Positions 8,560-18,557 of a DNA stretch of 40,650 bases are shown here, in pieces (the stretch's first letter is position 1; every line of letters starts with the position of its first letter). Made by a program: the position numbers and the translations under genes. The DNA is taken from the NCBI GenBank assembly GCA_003153015.1, contig PMBS01000073.1:21326-61975 (forward strand), read 5' to 3'. The stretch comes from Myxococcales bacterium (GTDB taxonomy: Bacteria; Myxococcota_A; Polyangia; Fen-1088). Below the pieces are notes generated by a model, which saw nothing but the letters and a program-made list of their open reading frames with translations, was not told where the DNA came from and did no database searches.

Positions 8560-9987
8560 ATGACCCGCTGGAATCCAAAGAAGATGCTCGTTCATCTGGC
8601 CCTAAGTACCGCCACCAAGGGACTCGGCCTGATATCCGAGGATTCGGTCCGGCGCCGCATCGAGAGGTCCAAGCACGACCTCAGTGATCCGATAAGCGGG
8701 GATTTCCTCTTCAAGTTGTTCTGCGAGGTTAAGCGGCGCCACCGCGAGCTCGCGGCAAACTGCCTTTCACGTCTGGTGCACAACCTGGTGGGCGACCAGA
8801 TCCTGCTCGGCACGCCCTATCGCAAGCGCAACAAGAAGGAATTGACCGACTACCCGCACATGATGGTCATCAGTCCGACCATGCGCTGCAACCTGAAGTG
8901 CGTAGGCTGCTATTCCGCCTACTACAATCGCAAGGATGCGCTCAGCACGGCTGACCTGGACCGCATCTATGGCGAGGCCAAGGATCTGGGCATCCGTTTC
9001 GTGGTGGTGAGCGGCGGCGAGCCGTTCATCCGCGAGGACTTCCTGGAGCTGTGCGAACGGCACAGCGACATGATCTTCATGACCTATACCAACGGAACCT
9101 TGATCGCTGAGCGCCAGTTGGCGCCACGATTGGCCAAGCTGGGCAACGTCATCCCGTGCATCAGCGTGGAGGGTTTCGAGAAGGAGACCACCGCGCGCCG
9201 GGGTGTGGGCGTGTACAACCGGATTCTGGACGCGATGGCGGCGCTCAAGCAGGCGGGCGTGATCTTCGGCTTCTCCGGCACGCCCACACGGTTGAACAAT
9301 GATCTCATCGTCTCGGACGAGTTCATCGACTTCTACGTGGAGCGCGGGTGCATGATCGGCTGGTACTTCTCTTACATGCCGGTCGGGCGCGATCCTGACC
9401 TCAACTTGATGCCCACTCCCGAGCAGCGCTTGCACCGCATGCAGCGCATCCGCCAGATCCGCGCGAACAAGCCGATTGTGGCGGCCGATTTCTGGTGCGA
9501 CGGGCCCCTGGTGGGCGGCTGCCTGTCGGCCGGGCAGCGCTATTTCCACATCAATGCGCAGGGAGGCGTTGAGCCTTGCGTGTTCCATCAGTTCCACGTG
9601 CACAACATCAAGGACGTGTCGCTGAAGACCGCCTTGTCGAGCGACTACTTCAGGTACATTCGCAAGCGAAACCGCGAAATTAGGAACATCTATCGCCCCT
9701 GCCCCATCATCGATCGGCCGCAAATTCTGCGCGACGCCCTGGAGAAGTTTCACCCCACGCCCTCGCAAGAAGGGGCGGAGAAGATCAAGGACGTTCTCGC
9801 CAGAGGCCTGGACGAATACGCGGTGAGCCTGAAGAGGGTGATGGACCCAGTTTGGCAACGCGAATTCCCGAATGTGCATGAGACAGTGGACGACTTCCTG
9901 CACGTGGGAGAGCACGGGCGCAACCTACTTAGGCGGGATAATCCTGCTCAGCCGCCCCGCGAAGCCCGAGCCGCCGCCGCGCGGTGA
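8560..9987 (+). CDS. Radical SAM protein with C-terminal SPASM/twitch-like domain
   Basis: CNLKCVGC (CxxxCxxC), SGGEPF, YTNGTL, ISVEG, GGCLSAGQRYFHINAQGGVEPC, PCPIID; strong RBS. Confidence 0.92.
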   Translation: MTRWNPKKMLVHLALSTATKGLGLISEDSVRRRIERSKHDLSDPISGDFLFKLFCEVKRRHRELAANCLSRLVHNLVGDQILLGTPYRKRNKKELTDYPHMMVISPTMRCNLKCVGCYSAYYNRKDALSTADLDRIYGEAKDLGIRFVVVSGGEPFIREDFLELCERHSDMIFMTYTNGTLIAERQLAPRLAKLGNVIPCISVEGFEKETTARRGVGVYNRILDAMAALKQAGVIFGFSGTPTRLNNDLIVSDEFIDFYVERGCMIGWYFSYMPVGRDPDLNLMPTPEQRLHRMQRIRQIRANKPIVAADFWCDGPLVGGCLSAGQRYFHINAQGGVEPCVFHQFHVHNIKDVSLKTALSSDYFRYIRKRNREIRNIYRPCPIIDRPQILRDALEKFHPTPSQEGAEKIKDVLARGLDEYAVSLKRVMDPVWQREFPNVHETVDDFLHVGEHGRNLLRRDNPAQPPREARAAAAR

Positions 9988-10449
9988 CCTGCTCGCAAAC
10001 GTCCGATTGTCCCTTCCCCCTACGACCAGAGCGCCAGCGGGCGCGTGACCGCCGAGCGAGCAGATGTGCCGGCGATCACCTGGCAACAGTTCCTGCTTGA
10101 TGGGCCGCCCGGAACGACAAGCGACACGTGACTAGGGAGTTCGCTGCTGGGCCAGACTGGCCTGCTCGGCTTCGGCCGGCTTGGGTTTGGTGATCTTGCG
10201 CGATCCACCCTCGGGAGTTTCCCGGTTGGCAGGCCGTTTTCGCGGCTGACGACTCATGGACACACTTTCATACGGCGCATCGAGCGCCGATGTGCCAACA
10301 AATCCATCAGGTTCACAATGGGTTGGAGCGGCCGCGTCTCGCTTCCGCGACACGCATGTCTAGCATGCGCCATCTTGGCTATCAGCCCTTCTTTGCCGCA
10401 GGTTGGCTAAGTCGTCCGACTGACACACCTGCCCGCACGTGACATCTAA

Positions 10450-12705
10450 GTGACAATGGGGCGTCAGGCCCGCCTAATGGCCGCACTCTGGACAGGGTGC
10501 CTCGCCGCTTCTCTCTTGTGGAACCTGCACGAGCAGAGGGAGAAGACTATCGAGATCGCGCGTATCAGCGCCCAGGTCACTTTCGACAACGACATCCTCT
10601 ACCGCAGATGGGCCGCGCAGCAGGGCGGGGTGTACGTGCCGGTGTCGGAGCACACGCCGCCCAATCCCTATCTCAATGTCCCCAATCGGGATGTCACAAC
10701 AACCTCCGGCGTATCTCTGACGCTCCTCAATCCCGCCTACATGGCCCGCCAGGTGAACCAACTGGCGCAGCAGGGCCGCGGTAGCCGAGGTCACCTCACC
10801 AGCCTCAAACCGTTGCGTCCCGAGAACACACCCGATCTCTTCGAGACGGCTGCGTTGACCTCCTTCGAAACCGGAGCCAGGGAGGTGAGCGCGTTCGAAA
10901 GCAGGGACGGGCGGCAGGACCTCCGCCTGATGCGACCATTTCTGATCGAGAAGCCCTGCCTCAGATGCCACGCTCAACAGGGCTACCAGGAAGGCGACAT
11001 CCGGGGCGGGATCAGCGTGTCCGTGCCGATGGAGCCGATCCTGGCCATCGGGAGGCCGCAGGTTGTGCGCACGTCGATTGCCCACGGATTGCTTTGGCTG
11101 CTGGGTGTCGTGGGTCTCACCCTGTGGGGCAGGGGACTGGAGAAGCACGTCGCCGCACGAGAGCGGGCCGAAGCGGCGGCCAGGCGCAACGCGGCTGAGC
11201 TGGAGGCTGCGTTTGCGGCCATGACCCATGGGATCATCGTGTACGACGCCGCGGGGAAGATGGTTCGCACCAACGCCGCCGCTCGGGCGCTTTATGACAT
11301 CGACCCGCTCGGGGTTGACATCGAGATTCTGGCCAAACGTCTGTCCTCCCGCCGGCTGGATGGGCGTCCGCTGGTGCGCGAGGAGATGCCGACCACTCGC
11401 GCGCTCAAGGGCGAGCGAGTTCTCGGCGAACGATTCGTTCTCACCCGACCCGACGGGCAGGAGATAGTCGTATCATTCTCGTCCGCTCCCTTGCAGTTGG
11501 GCGGTCAGGCTGTCGGAGCGGTCACGGTGTGTACCGACATCACCGATCTGATTCGAACCCAGGAGGCGCTGCGCGAGGCCGACCGGCGCAAGGATGAATT
11601 TCTCGCGGTGCTCTCCCACGAGCTGCGCAACCCGCTCGCGCCCATCCGCAACAGCCTATTCATTTTGGATCGGGCGGTCCCGGGCGGTGACCAGGCCCGC
11701 CGTGCTCAGGCCATCATCGATCGCCAGGTCGGGCACCTGACCCGTCTCGTCGACGATCTCCTGGACGTAACCCGCATCGCGAAGAACAAGATCCGGCTAC
11801 AGTGCGAGTCGCTGAACTTGACTAGTCTCGTGCGGCGAACCATCGAGGATCACCGTACGCTCTTCGAGAAGGGCGAGGTCCACCTCGAGGCCGCCCTGCC
11901 GGCCGAGCGTATTGTCGTGAACGCCGACCCGACACGCCTGGCGCAGGTGGTGGGAAACCTTCTGCTGAACGCGGCCAAGTTCACCGGCAAGGGTGGGCGC
12001 ACCCAGGTGTCCCTCGCTGTCGATCCGGGGACGAGGCGGGCGGTCATCCGCGTCGCGGATACCGGAGTCGGAATTTCGCCTGAGTTGCTGCCGCGCCTGT
12101 TCCAGCCCTTTGCCCAGGCCGATGACACCATGGATCGGAGTCAAGGCGGCCTCGGGCTTGGGCTGGTGTTGGCCAAGGGCCTGGTCGAGCTGCACGGCGG
12201 AGCGATCAGCGTGCACAGCCAGGGCATCGGCAAAGGCACGGAGTTCATCGTCCGACTGCCACTCGATGGCGAGTTCGACGCCAAAACTCCGACCCCCGTC
12301 GACGCTTCACCCAGAGTCCGCCGCGTGCTCATCATCGAGGACCAAGCCGACGCAGCTCAGAGTTTGCGCGAGGCGCTCGAACTCTGCGGCCACCAGGTCG
12401 AGGTCGCCGAAAACGGACCCGCCGGCCTGAGCAGGGCGCGCGCGTACTGTCCTGAGGTCGTGCTCTGCGACATTGGCCTGCCCGGCATGGATGGGTATGA
12501 GGTAGCGCGCGCGTTCCGGGCCGATGAGGCGCTCAAAGACGCATTTCTGGTGGCGCTGAGCGGGTACGCACTGCCCGACGATGTCCTGCGGGCAGCCGAG
12601 GCGGGGTTTGACCGGCACCTTGCCAAGCCGCCAAGCCTGGACAAGCTTGAGGAATTGCTTTCGAAGTTGCGTAGGAAATCGTCCAGCGCGCGTCCAACGA
12701 CCTAA
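10450..12705 (+). CDS. Membrane-bound hybrid histidine kinase with periplasmic c-type-heme (DUF3365/Tll0287-like) sensor, PAS, HisKA, HATPase, REC
   Basis: Two TM segments flank GGVYV...NPYL...LNPAYM...TSLKPLRPEN...CLRCH...GDIRGGISV (CxxCH); H-box LSHELRNPL; REC CDIGLPGMDG. The start is GTG 10450 or ATG 10456. Confidence 0.92.
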   Translation: MTMGRQARLMAALWTGCLAASLLWNLHEQREKTIEIARISAQVTFDNDILYRRWAAQQGGVYVPVSEHTPPNPYLNVPNRDVTTTSGVSLTLLNPAYMARQVNQLAQQGRGSRGHLTSLKPLRPENTPDLFETAALTSFETGAREVSAFESRDGRQDLRLMRPFLIEKPCLRCHAQQGYQEGDIRGGISVSVPMEPILAIGRPQVVRTSIAHGLLWLLGVVGLTLWGRGLEKHVAARERAEAAARRNAAELEAAFAAMTHGIIVYDAAGKMVRTNAAARALYDIDPLGVDIEILAKRLSSRRLDGRPLVREEMPTTRALKGERVLGERFVLTRPDGQEIVVSFSSAPLQLGGQAVGAVTVCTDITDLIRTQEALREADRRKDEFLAVLSHELRNPLAPIRNSLFILDRAVPGGDQARRAQAIIDRQVGHLTRLVDDLLDVTRIAKNKIRLQCESLNLTSLVRRTIEDHRTLFEKGEVHLEAALPAERIVVNADPTRLAQVVGNLLLNAAKFTGKGGRTQVSLAVDPGTRRAVIRVADTGVGISPELLPRLFQPFAQADDTMDRSQGGLGLGLVLAKGLVELHGGAISVHSQGIGKGTEFIVRLPLDGEFDAKTPTPVDASPRVRRVLIIEDQADAAQSLREALELCGHQVEVAENGPAGLSRARAYCPEVVLCDIGLPGMDGYEVARAFRADEALKDAFLVALSGYALPDDVLRAAEAGFDRHLAKPPSLDKLEELLSKLRRKSSSARPTT

Positions 12706-12838
12706 CTACACGGCATCGAGCACCCGCAGATGCGTCAGCGTGGGCCACAATGTTGGGGGCAAGCCCGTCGCGCGCTGCCCGAACGGCCATATTTCCCGTT
12801 CATCGAGCATCCAATTCCCCAGAAAAGGTCGCCGTTCA

Positions 12839-14020
12839 ATGCATCTCCTCATCTGGGAACCTCCGGAACCGCGCCCTCGGTGGGAGCCTTGGATCCATGC
12901 CGGCTACGCGGTGTTCGCCGTGGCTTTTGCGCTCACGGTGGTGGTCGACGCGTTTGTGCATGAGAACGTCATGCTCGGCCCCGGGCTGGTCGACGAAGCC
13001 GGCGTCGCCCTGACAAGGTTTGAAAGTCAACTTGCCGGCGTGTCGCCCGGCTGGCTCGCCCTCATGCTTCCCCTTGCAGGGTTCGTGCTTGTCTGGAACG
13101 GCGTCATGCTCTATCGCGGTTTGTCGCCCGACCCAGCGCTGCCCCGGCGACAAATCGTCTCCTTCTTCCTGCTGACCGTCTGCTTGACACTTATGCTCTA
13201 CGTGGGCCTCGCGCTCGCCGGCGCCGCAAGCGCCGTGATGGGGCACGGGTTCTTCTTCGGCTTCGCTCTGCTTCGCCACTACACCGAATGGTGCAGCGCT
13301 CAGGTGGCCCGCGTGCCGACCCTGGTGAACTTGCCCGGCCCGCTTGCGCTCGTCGCCAGTGTCGCGCTCGGCGATCTCTTCCAGTATTGGTTCCATCGCT
13401 TGGGCCACACCTGGCGACCGTTTTGGCTGCTCTGGCATCGCCCACACCATATGACCCCTTATCTGACTATCCCCACCACACAACCGGTGTTTGCCCCCTT
13501 CCCGCTGTTTTTCCTGCTGAGCGTGCCCTTTCAAATTGGGGTCGGCGTGTGCGCCAAACTCTTTCATTCCGACGCGATGATCGCGGAAGCATTGCTCTTA
13601 CGCATGCTCGGCCAAATCCCCCTCATCGGCTCGCACAACACAGCCCTTTACGAGACGTTTTGGCGGAGCCGCCCTTTGCGCGCGCTCGGCGCCTTTTTCG
13701 GTGATGGGCCCTATCACTATATGCACCACTCGGCGCTGCCCGGTCACTCGCTGATCAATCTGGGAGGCCCTCCCTTCATGCTGTGGGACCGCGTGTTCGG
13801 CACTTATGTCTCACCGACCGAGACGCGTCCCCCGATCGGGCTGCAGGGTTCGCCACGTCTGTACTTGAATCCGCTCCGCCTCGCGCTCGCTGGCTTGCTC
13901 CAGCTTGGATATGAATTGCGCCACAATCGCGGCATGGTTACGCGCTTGCGTGTTCTCTTCGCCAGCTCAAGTTTCACTCCGCCACGCACCAAGGACTATG
14001 CTCTCGCACCAGGAGGATAG
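12839..14020 (+). CDS. Fatty acid hydroxylase / sterol desaturase family membrane di-iron enzyme
   Basis: His boxes YWFHRLGH, WHRPHH and HYMHHS, plus LWDRVFGTY and several TM helices. ATG 12839 (MHLLIW) avoids overlap with the kinase. Confidence 0.85.
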   Translation: MHLLIWEPPEPRPRWEPWIHAGYAVFAVAFALTVVVDAFVHENVMLGPGLVDEAGVALTRFESQLAGVSPGWLALMLPLAGFVLVWNGVMLYRGLSPDPALPRRQIVSFFLLTVCLTLMLYVGLALAGAASAVMGHGFFFGFALLRHYTEWCSAQVARVPTLVNLPGPLALVASVALGDLFQYWFHRLGHTWRPFWLLWHRPHHMTPYLTIPTTQPVFAPFPLFFLLSVPFQIGVGVCAKLFHSDAMIAEALLLRMLGQIPLIGSHNTALYETFWRSRPLRALGAFFGDGPYHYMHHSALPGHSLINLGGPPFMLWDRVFGTYVSPTETRPPIGLQGSPRLYLNPLRLALAGLLQLGYELRHNRGMVTRLRVLFASSSFTPPRTKDYALAPGG

Positions 14021-14106
14021 GGCGATGGAAGGCCGCAGCATCAACTACGATCAAGTACCAGGCACGCCGTCTGTCCATTGCATGCCGCAAAGCCGGGGGT
14101 GTCCCC

Positions 14107-15612
14107 ATGTCTGAGCCTGATGACAAGACTGCGCCTGACTTGTCGCTTGGGATTCCGAGTGCTGACCTGGTTGAAGGGAGGCCGCTTCTCGGCAAGGTGG
14201 CTGGCGATCCGGTCTTGCTGGTGCGTGAAAACGCACGGTTGTACGCCGTGGGCGCCTCGTGCACGCACTACGGCGGTCCGCTCGCCCAGGGTGTGGTTGC
14301 CAGCGGGCAGATCTGTTGTCCCCTACACCACGCTCGTTTCGCGCTCGTCACTGGCGAGGTTACCCGCTCGCCTGCCTTGAGCCCGCTGGCTTGCTGGAAC
14401 GTCGAGCAGGTGGAGGGAAAGGTCTACGTGCGAGCGCAGCGGCCTGCGCCGCTACCGAAGCATGTGGACGGCCCATTGGTAATCGTGGGTGGTGGAGCCG
14501 CTGGCCACGCTGCCGCAGAGACGCTGCGCCAGGAGGGATATGCAGGGCCAATTACCCTGGTCAGCGCCGATCAGGCTGAGCCCTACGATCGCCCCAACCT
14601 TTCCAAAGACTATCTGGCCGGCACAGCGCCCGAGGAGTGGATGCCGCTTCGACCAGCCGATTACTACACTAGGTTGGGAATCACTGTTCTCGTCAATAGT
14701 CCAGCGGTAAAGCTCGACATTGCTTCGCGCCTGGTCGAACTTGGCGACGGCCGCTCGCTGCCGTTCGGAGCGCTGCTGCTGGCAACCGGAGCGCAGCCCA
14801 TCCCTTTGGACGTGCCTGGCGCGGCTCGTCCCTCGGTGTTTTCCCTGCGGACATTGGCTGACAGCAGGCGGATCCAGCAAGCCGCACGCGGGGCACGTCA
14901 TGCTGTGGTTGTCGGTGCCAGCTTCATCGGCCTGGAAGCCGCAGCCGCGCTTCGCGCACGAGGAATGCAGGTTACTGTGGTGACGCCCGAGGCTCGTCCC
15001 ATGGAGCGCCTCTTTGGTCCGGCGGTGGCCGATTTTCTGCGACGCCAGCACGAACAACATGGCGTTGCGTTCCGTTTTGGTAGCCGGCCCGCGGCCATCG
15101 GTCACAAGACTGTGACATTGAGCAACGGCGAGGATCTCCCAGCGGATCTGGTCGTGGTAGGGATAGGCGTGCGGCCGGTGACTGGGCTGGCGGACCACGC
15201 AGGCATTGCCGTAGACGACGGGATTCTGGTCAACCAGCAGCTTGAAACCAGCGTGCCCGGGATCTTTGCGGCTGGCGATGTCGCACGCTTCCCGGATCCG
15301 GTGTCAGGTGAGCGCATGCGGATCGAACACTGGGTGGTGGCGCAGCGGCAGGGGGCGCTGGCAGCCCAGAACATGCTCGGCCAGAACAAGCGTCTTGCGA
15401 TCGTTCCCTTCTTCTGGAGCCAACACTACGACGTGGCACTGAGGTACGTGGGCCACGCCGCGCGCTGGGACGAGGTGCGCGTGGACGGAGATCTCGATCG
15501 CCTGGACGCACGCATCGAGTACCTCTCCGCTGGGAAATGCCTGGCAGTGGTCACCATCAACCGCGATCAAGAAAGCCTTGAGGCGGAACTGGCCTTCGAA
15601 CGTCAATACTAG
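14107..15612 (+). CDS. Rieske [2Fe-2S] domain fused to FAD/NAD(P)H-dependent ferredoxin-reductase-like oxidoreductase
   Basis: Rieske CTHYGG...CPLHHARF; GGGAAG, PYDRPNLSK, LATG, GASFIGLE, AAGDVA, PFFWS. Confidence 0.93.
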   Translation: MSEPDDKTAPDLSLGIPSADLVEGRPLLGKVAGDPVLLVRENARLYAVGASCTHYGGPLAQGVVASGQICCPLHHARFALVTGEVTRSPALSPLACWNVEQVEGKVYVRAQRPAPLPKHVDGPLVIVGGGAAGHAAAETLRQEGYAGPITLVSADQAEPYDRPNLSKDYLAGTAPEEWMPLRPADYYTRLGITVLVNSPAVKLDIASRLVELGDGRSLPFGALLLATGAQPIPLDVPGAARPSVFSLRTLADSRRIQQAARGARHAVVVGASFIGLEAAAALRARGMQVTVVTPEARPMERLFGPAVADFLRRQHEQHGVAFRFGSRPAAIGHKTVTLSNGEDLPADLVVVGIGVRPVTGLADHAGIAVDDGILVNQQLETSVPGIFAAGDVARFPDPVSGERMRIEHWVVAQRQGALAAQNMLGQNKRLAIVPFFWSQHYDVALRYVGHAARWDEVRVDGDLDRLDARIEYLSAGKCLAVVTINRDQESLEAELAFERQY

Positions 15613-15759
15613 CGCAGGAATTGCGCAATTTCTTACATTGTCGCGAATGGCCCAGCGAGCTGCTAGATTTGATAGTAGGAACGCCCGCGCAATGGAGGCC
15701 GCTTGGGTCAAAGTATCGCAGCGCCTTCGCAAAATTTCGCTGATGATTCGCCAGTCGGC

Positions 15760-18219
15760 ATGAACGGCGCAACCGGTGCGCGCCTTGAGGAAAGCGCGCT
15801 GCGCGCCAAGCTGGGAATTCCCGCTGAAGCAAGCCGCGTCCTGATATTCGGCGAAACCAGCCACTGGGATCCCAACTGGCTGCACACCACCGAGGAGTAC
15901 TACCAGCTCTGCATTCCACGGATCTTTGAGCGCGCCTTGCTGGAGCTTGAGCAGGAACCGCGCCGGGTCTTTTCCATCGAAAGCCTGTTCTTCCTGCGCC
16001 GCCACTGGCAATCCAACCCGGCCCAGCGCGAGCGGCTGCGCGGCCTGGTCAACCAGCGTCGCCTGCGCCTGACCGGCACCGGCATCACGACGCCCGACAC
16101 GGTGTTGCCCGACACCGAGGCCATCCTGCGCGACTATGCCGACGGACAGCGCTGGCTCAAGGACAACGGCATGAGCGTCGAGCCGAGGCTGGCCTACCTG
16201 CCCGACGACTTCGGCCATTCGCCCGCGCTGCCCACCCTGCTGGTCGCCCTGGGCTTTGACATGGCGGCGATCACGCGCATTGACGGCATGTACTTCGTCG
16301 GCAGCGACTATCGCCGAAAATCTGCCTTCCCGCTGCCGGGATCGAGCGCGGAATTGCTGGCCAAGCAGCTCAAGACCGCGGATTTCGTGTGGCGCGGCCC
16401 GGATGGCTCGCAGGTCCTGTGCCACTGGAATGCCTTCACCTATTTCCAGGGCGATTTGCTGGCCCACATCGGTCTGGTTCGCTGGATGGATCATATTTAT
16501 GGTTTTCCGTGGCGAACTGAATCCCACGTCGCACGCCGCATTCATGGCTACGTCCGGGACCTCGCGCCCCTGGCCCGCACGCCCTATCTCTATTGCCCGA
16601 TCGGTGGCGACTTCAATGGGCCGATCGCCGGCCTCCTGCAACTGCTCGACCGCTACAATCGCACCCGCTACCAGTCGAGCGGTGTCTGGACGCTGAACGC
16701 GGGTTTGGACGACTACCTCGCGTTGGTGGCTTGCCATCGGTCCGCACTTCCGGTGCTGGCCCTGGACCCCAATCCCTACTGGATGGGGTTCTATGCCAGC
16801 CGGCCAGAGGCCAAGCGACGCGCCAAGCGCATTGTGCGCAAGCTGGTGATCGCCGAGAAGCTGACCGTGCTGCCGGCGCTGGCAGGGCCGAGTTCACCCA
16901 AGGGCGGCATCCGTGTCGAGTCCGAGATTGCCGGCGATCTGCGCGCAGCCTGGGATCTGGCGGTGTTGAGCAATCATCACGACTTCATTACCGGGACGTC
17001 GCCTGATCGCATCTGGCTGCAGGAGCAACAGCCCTGGCTTGCGCAAGCTGAGGGGCTGGCTGACCGCGCGCTCGCGCGCATTCGTGCCATCCGGTCCCCG
17101 GCGCCCACGTTCCCGCCCAGTCCCCCGCCGCTTTTCAGTCTCGACGCCGGGACGCTGGTGGCAGAAACCGACATGTATCGCGTTGAACTTAGCGAGCAAC
17201 AAGGCGGCGCCATAACTAATTTCCGTTTCAAAGGATCGGGCGAGGACTTGCTTTCCGGTCCTGCCAATGACCTCGTCAGCTATCGTGACAGCGGTGGCCT
17301 GTGGCGCCTGGGTCACGAGTTCTTCGGCGGGACCTTTGTCGAGCAGTCACGCGCCAGTCACGCACCGGCGCGCATCAGGGTGAATTCGCGGGACGGCGTG
17401 CTCGAGGTGCGCGTCGACTCGGAATTTGACGAGCGGCCATTTGTTCGCTGGCTGTGGATGCGCAAGAACTCGCCGGTGCTGCGCATGCGCCTGGAGGGTT
17501 CGGCCCTGCGTGGCCGGACCATCACCTGCCGTTTCCCGACTCGACTGATTTCACCAGGACTCACCATGGACGTGCCCGGCGGGATCGTGGAACGTCCGGC
17601 GCACAAGCTCTTTCGCCCCACCTTCTGGCCCGCGTGCTCGTTCGCGCATTTGCGCGACGAACGCAGCGATATTGGGCTGGCCGCCTTTCTGGGAGGGCCT
17701 GCCGCAGTCGCCAGCGACGGCGCAGGAGCCCTGGAGTGGATCGCCCTGCGCTTCGCGCCCCGCGAGACGGCATTCCACTTTCTGCCAATTCTCGCGCACC
17801 CGGCCTCCGGGACTGATCCGCACCAAGGGCAGCTTGATTACGCCGTGTGGTTCACCCCTGGGGGAGATGCCCGGAGCAACCGCCTACCTCATCACGTGCG
17901 GCGGGCTTTGCGAGCCGCCCTGTTCGGCCCCAACGAGCCCGACCTCGACGACCTGGCCAATTCGGTCATGCTGGTCGACCGCGACGACGTGCAAGTCTCC
18001 GCGCTCAAACCCGCCTTCCAAGGCCACGCCATTGTCGCCCGTCTCGCAAGTTTCGCGAACACCGCAGTCGAAGTACGCCTGTCCTGCCCCAGCCGCCCCA
18101 TCCGCAGCGCCACCCTGTGCGACGCCCGTGAACGCGAAATCTGCGCTCTCGAAGTGGGCCGCGACGGCGTAGTCGTGCCGATGCCCTATGCCTTGGCCAG
18201 CGTGCTGGTGTGGTTCTAG
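15760..18219 (+). CDS. Glycoside hydrolase family 38 (alpha-mannosidase-like) protein
   Basis: SHWDPNW, YLPDDFGHS and NHHDFITGTS match GH38 metal and nucleophile motifs; C-terminal VSALKPA strand. The start is uncertain (15703 or 15760). Confidence 0.82.
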   Translation: MNGATGARLEESALRAKLGIPAEASRVLIFGETSHWDPNWLHTTEEYYQLCIPRIFERALLELEQEPRRVFSIESLFFLRRHWQSNPAQRERLRGLVNQRRLRLTGTGITTPDTVLPDTEAILRDYADGQRWLKDNGMSVEPRLAYLPDDFGHSPALPTLLVALGFDMAAITRIDGMYFVGSDYRRKSAFPLPGSSAELLAKQLKTADFVWRGPDGSQVLCHWNAFTYFQGDLLAHIGLVRWMDHIYGFPWRTESHVARRIHGYVRDLAPLARTPYLYCPIGGDFNGPIAGLLQLLDRYNRTRYQSSGVWTLNAGLDDYLALVACHRSALPVLALDPNPYWMGFYASRPEAKRRAKRIVRKLVIAEKLTVLPALAGPSSPKGGIRVESEIAGDLRAAWDLAVLSNHHDFITGTSPDRIWLQEQQPWLAQAEGLADRALARIRAIRSPAPTFPPSPPPLFSLDAGTLVAETDMYRVELSEQQGGAITNFRFKGSGEDLLSGPANDLVSYRDSGGLWRLGHEFFGGTFVEQSRASHAPARIRVNSRDGVLEVRVDSEFDERPFVRWLWMRKNSPVLRMRLEGSALRGRTITCRFPTRLISPGLTMDVPGGIVERPAHKLFRPTFWPACSFAHLRDERSDIGLAAFLGGPAAVASDGAGALEWIALRFAPRETAFHFLPILAHPASGTDPHQGQLDYAVWFTPGGDARSNRLPHHVRRALRAALFGPNEPDLDDLANSVMLVDRDDVQVSALKPAFQGHAIVARLASFANTAVEVRLSCPSRPIRSATLCDAREREICALEVGRDGVVVPMPYALASVLVWF

Positions 18220-18557
18220 TCCACAGTCCCGCCATGGCCGCAGGAGGTCGTGGCCGTGGCCGTGGCCGCGCCACTTTGGTGTCAGCTTCATTACCCTGCC
18301 GTCTGAGCTGCCGAAGTTGCCGATGCTCACCTAGCAGATGCTGCCCTGCTTGAAATCCCCGAGCAGGTTCTGCGCTGATATGTACGTAGCAACCGTACTG
18401 CCCGAGGAGGGCTGTCCTTCTAGCCGCTCCACTGTCCCGCCACGGCCACGACCCTACGCGGCTATCGCGAGATTATGGGAAGTCGCAGCTCTGGTACCCG
18501 CTGAGCTTCCGAAATAGACTCGCACCGGGTCCCCACGCGAACCTGCCCGGAACCCCT

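Noticed and set aside
10132-10257. Small minus-strand ORF MSRQPRKRPANRETP... as a radical SAM precursor peptide
   Set aside because: It is on the opposite strand, with no clear RBS or leader/core pattern, so it cannot be supported.
15304-16737. Long antisense ORFs (also 8767..9915, 30506..31690, 33632..34930, 34710..35750)
   Set aside because: They are high-GC shadow frames opposite genes with clear family motifs.
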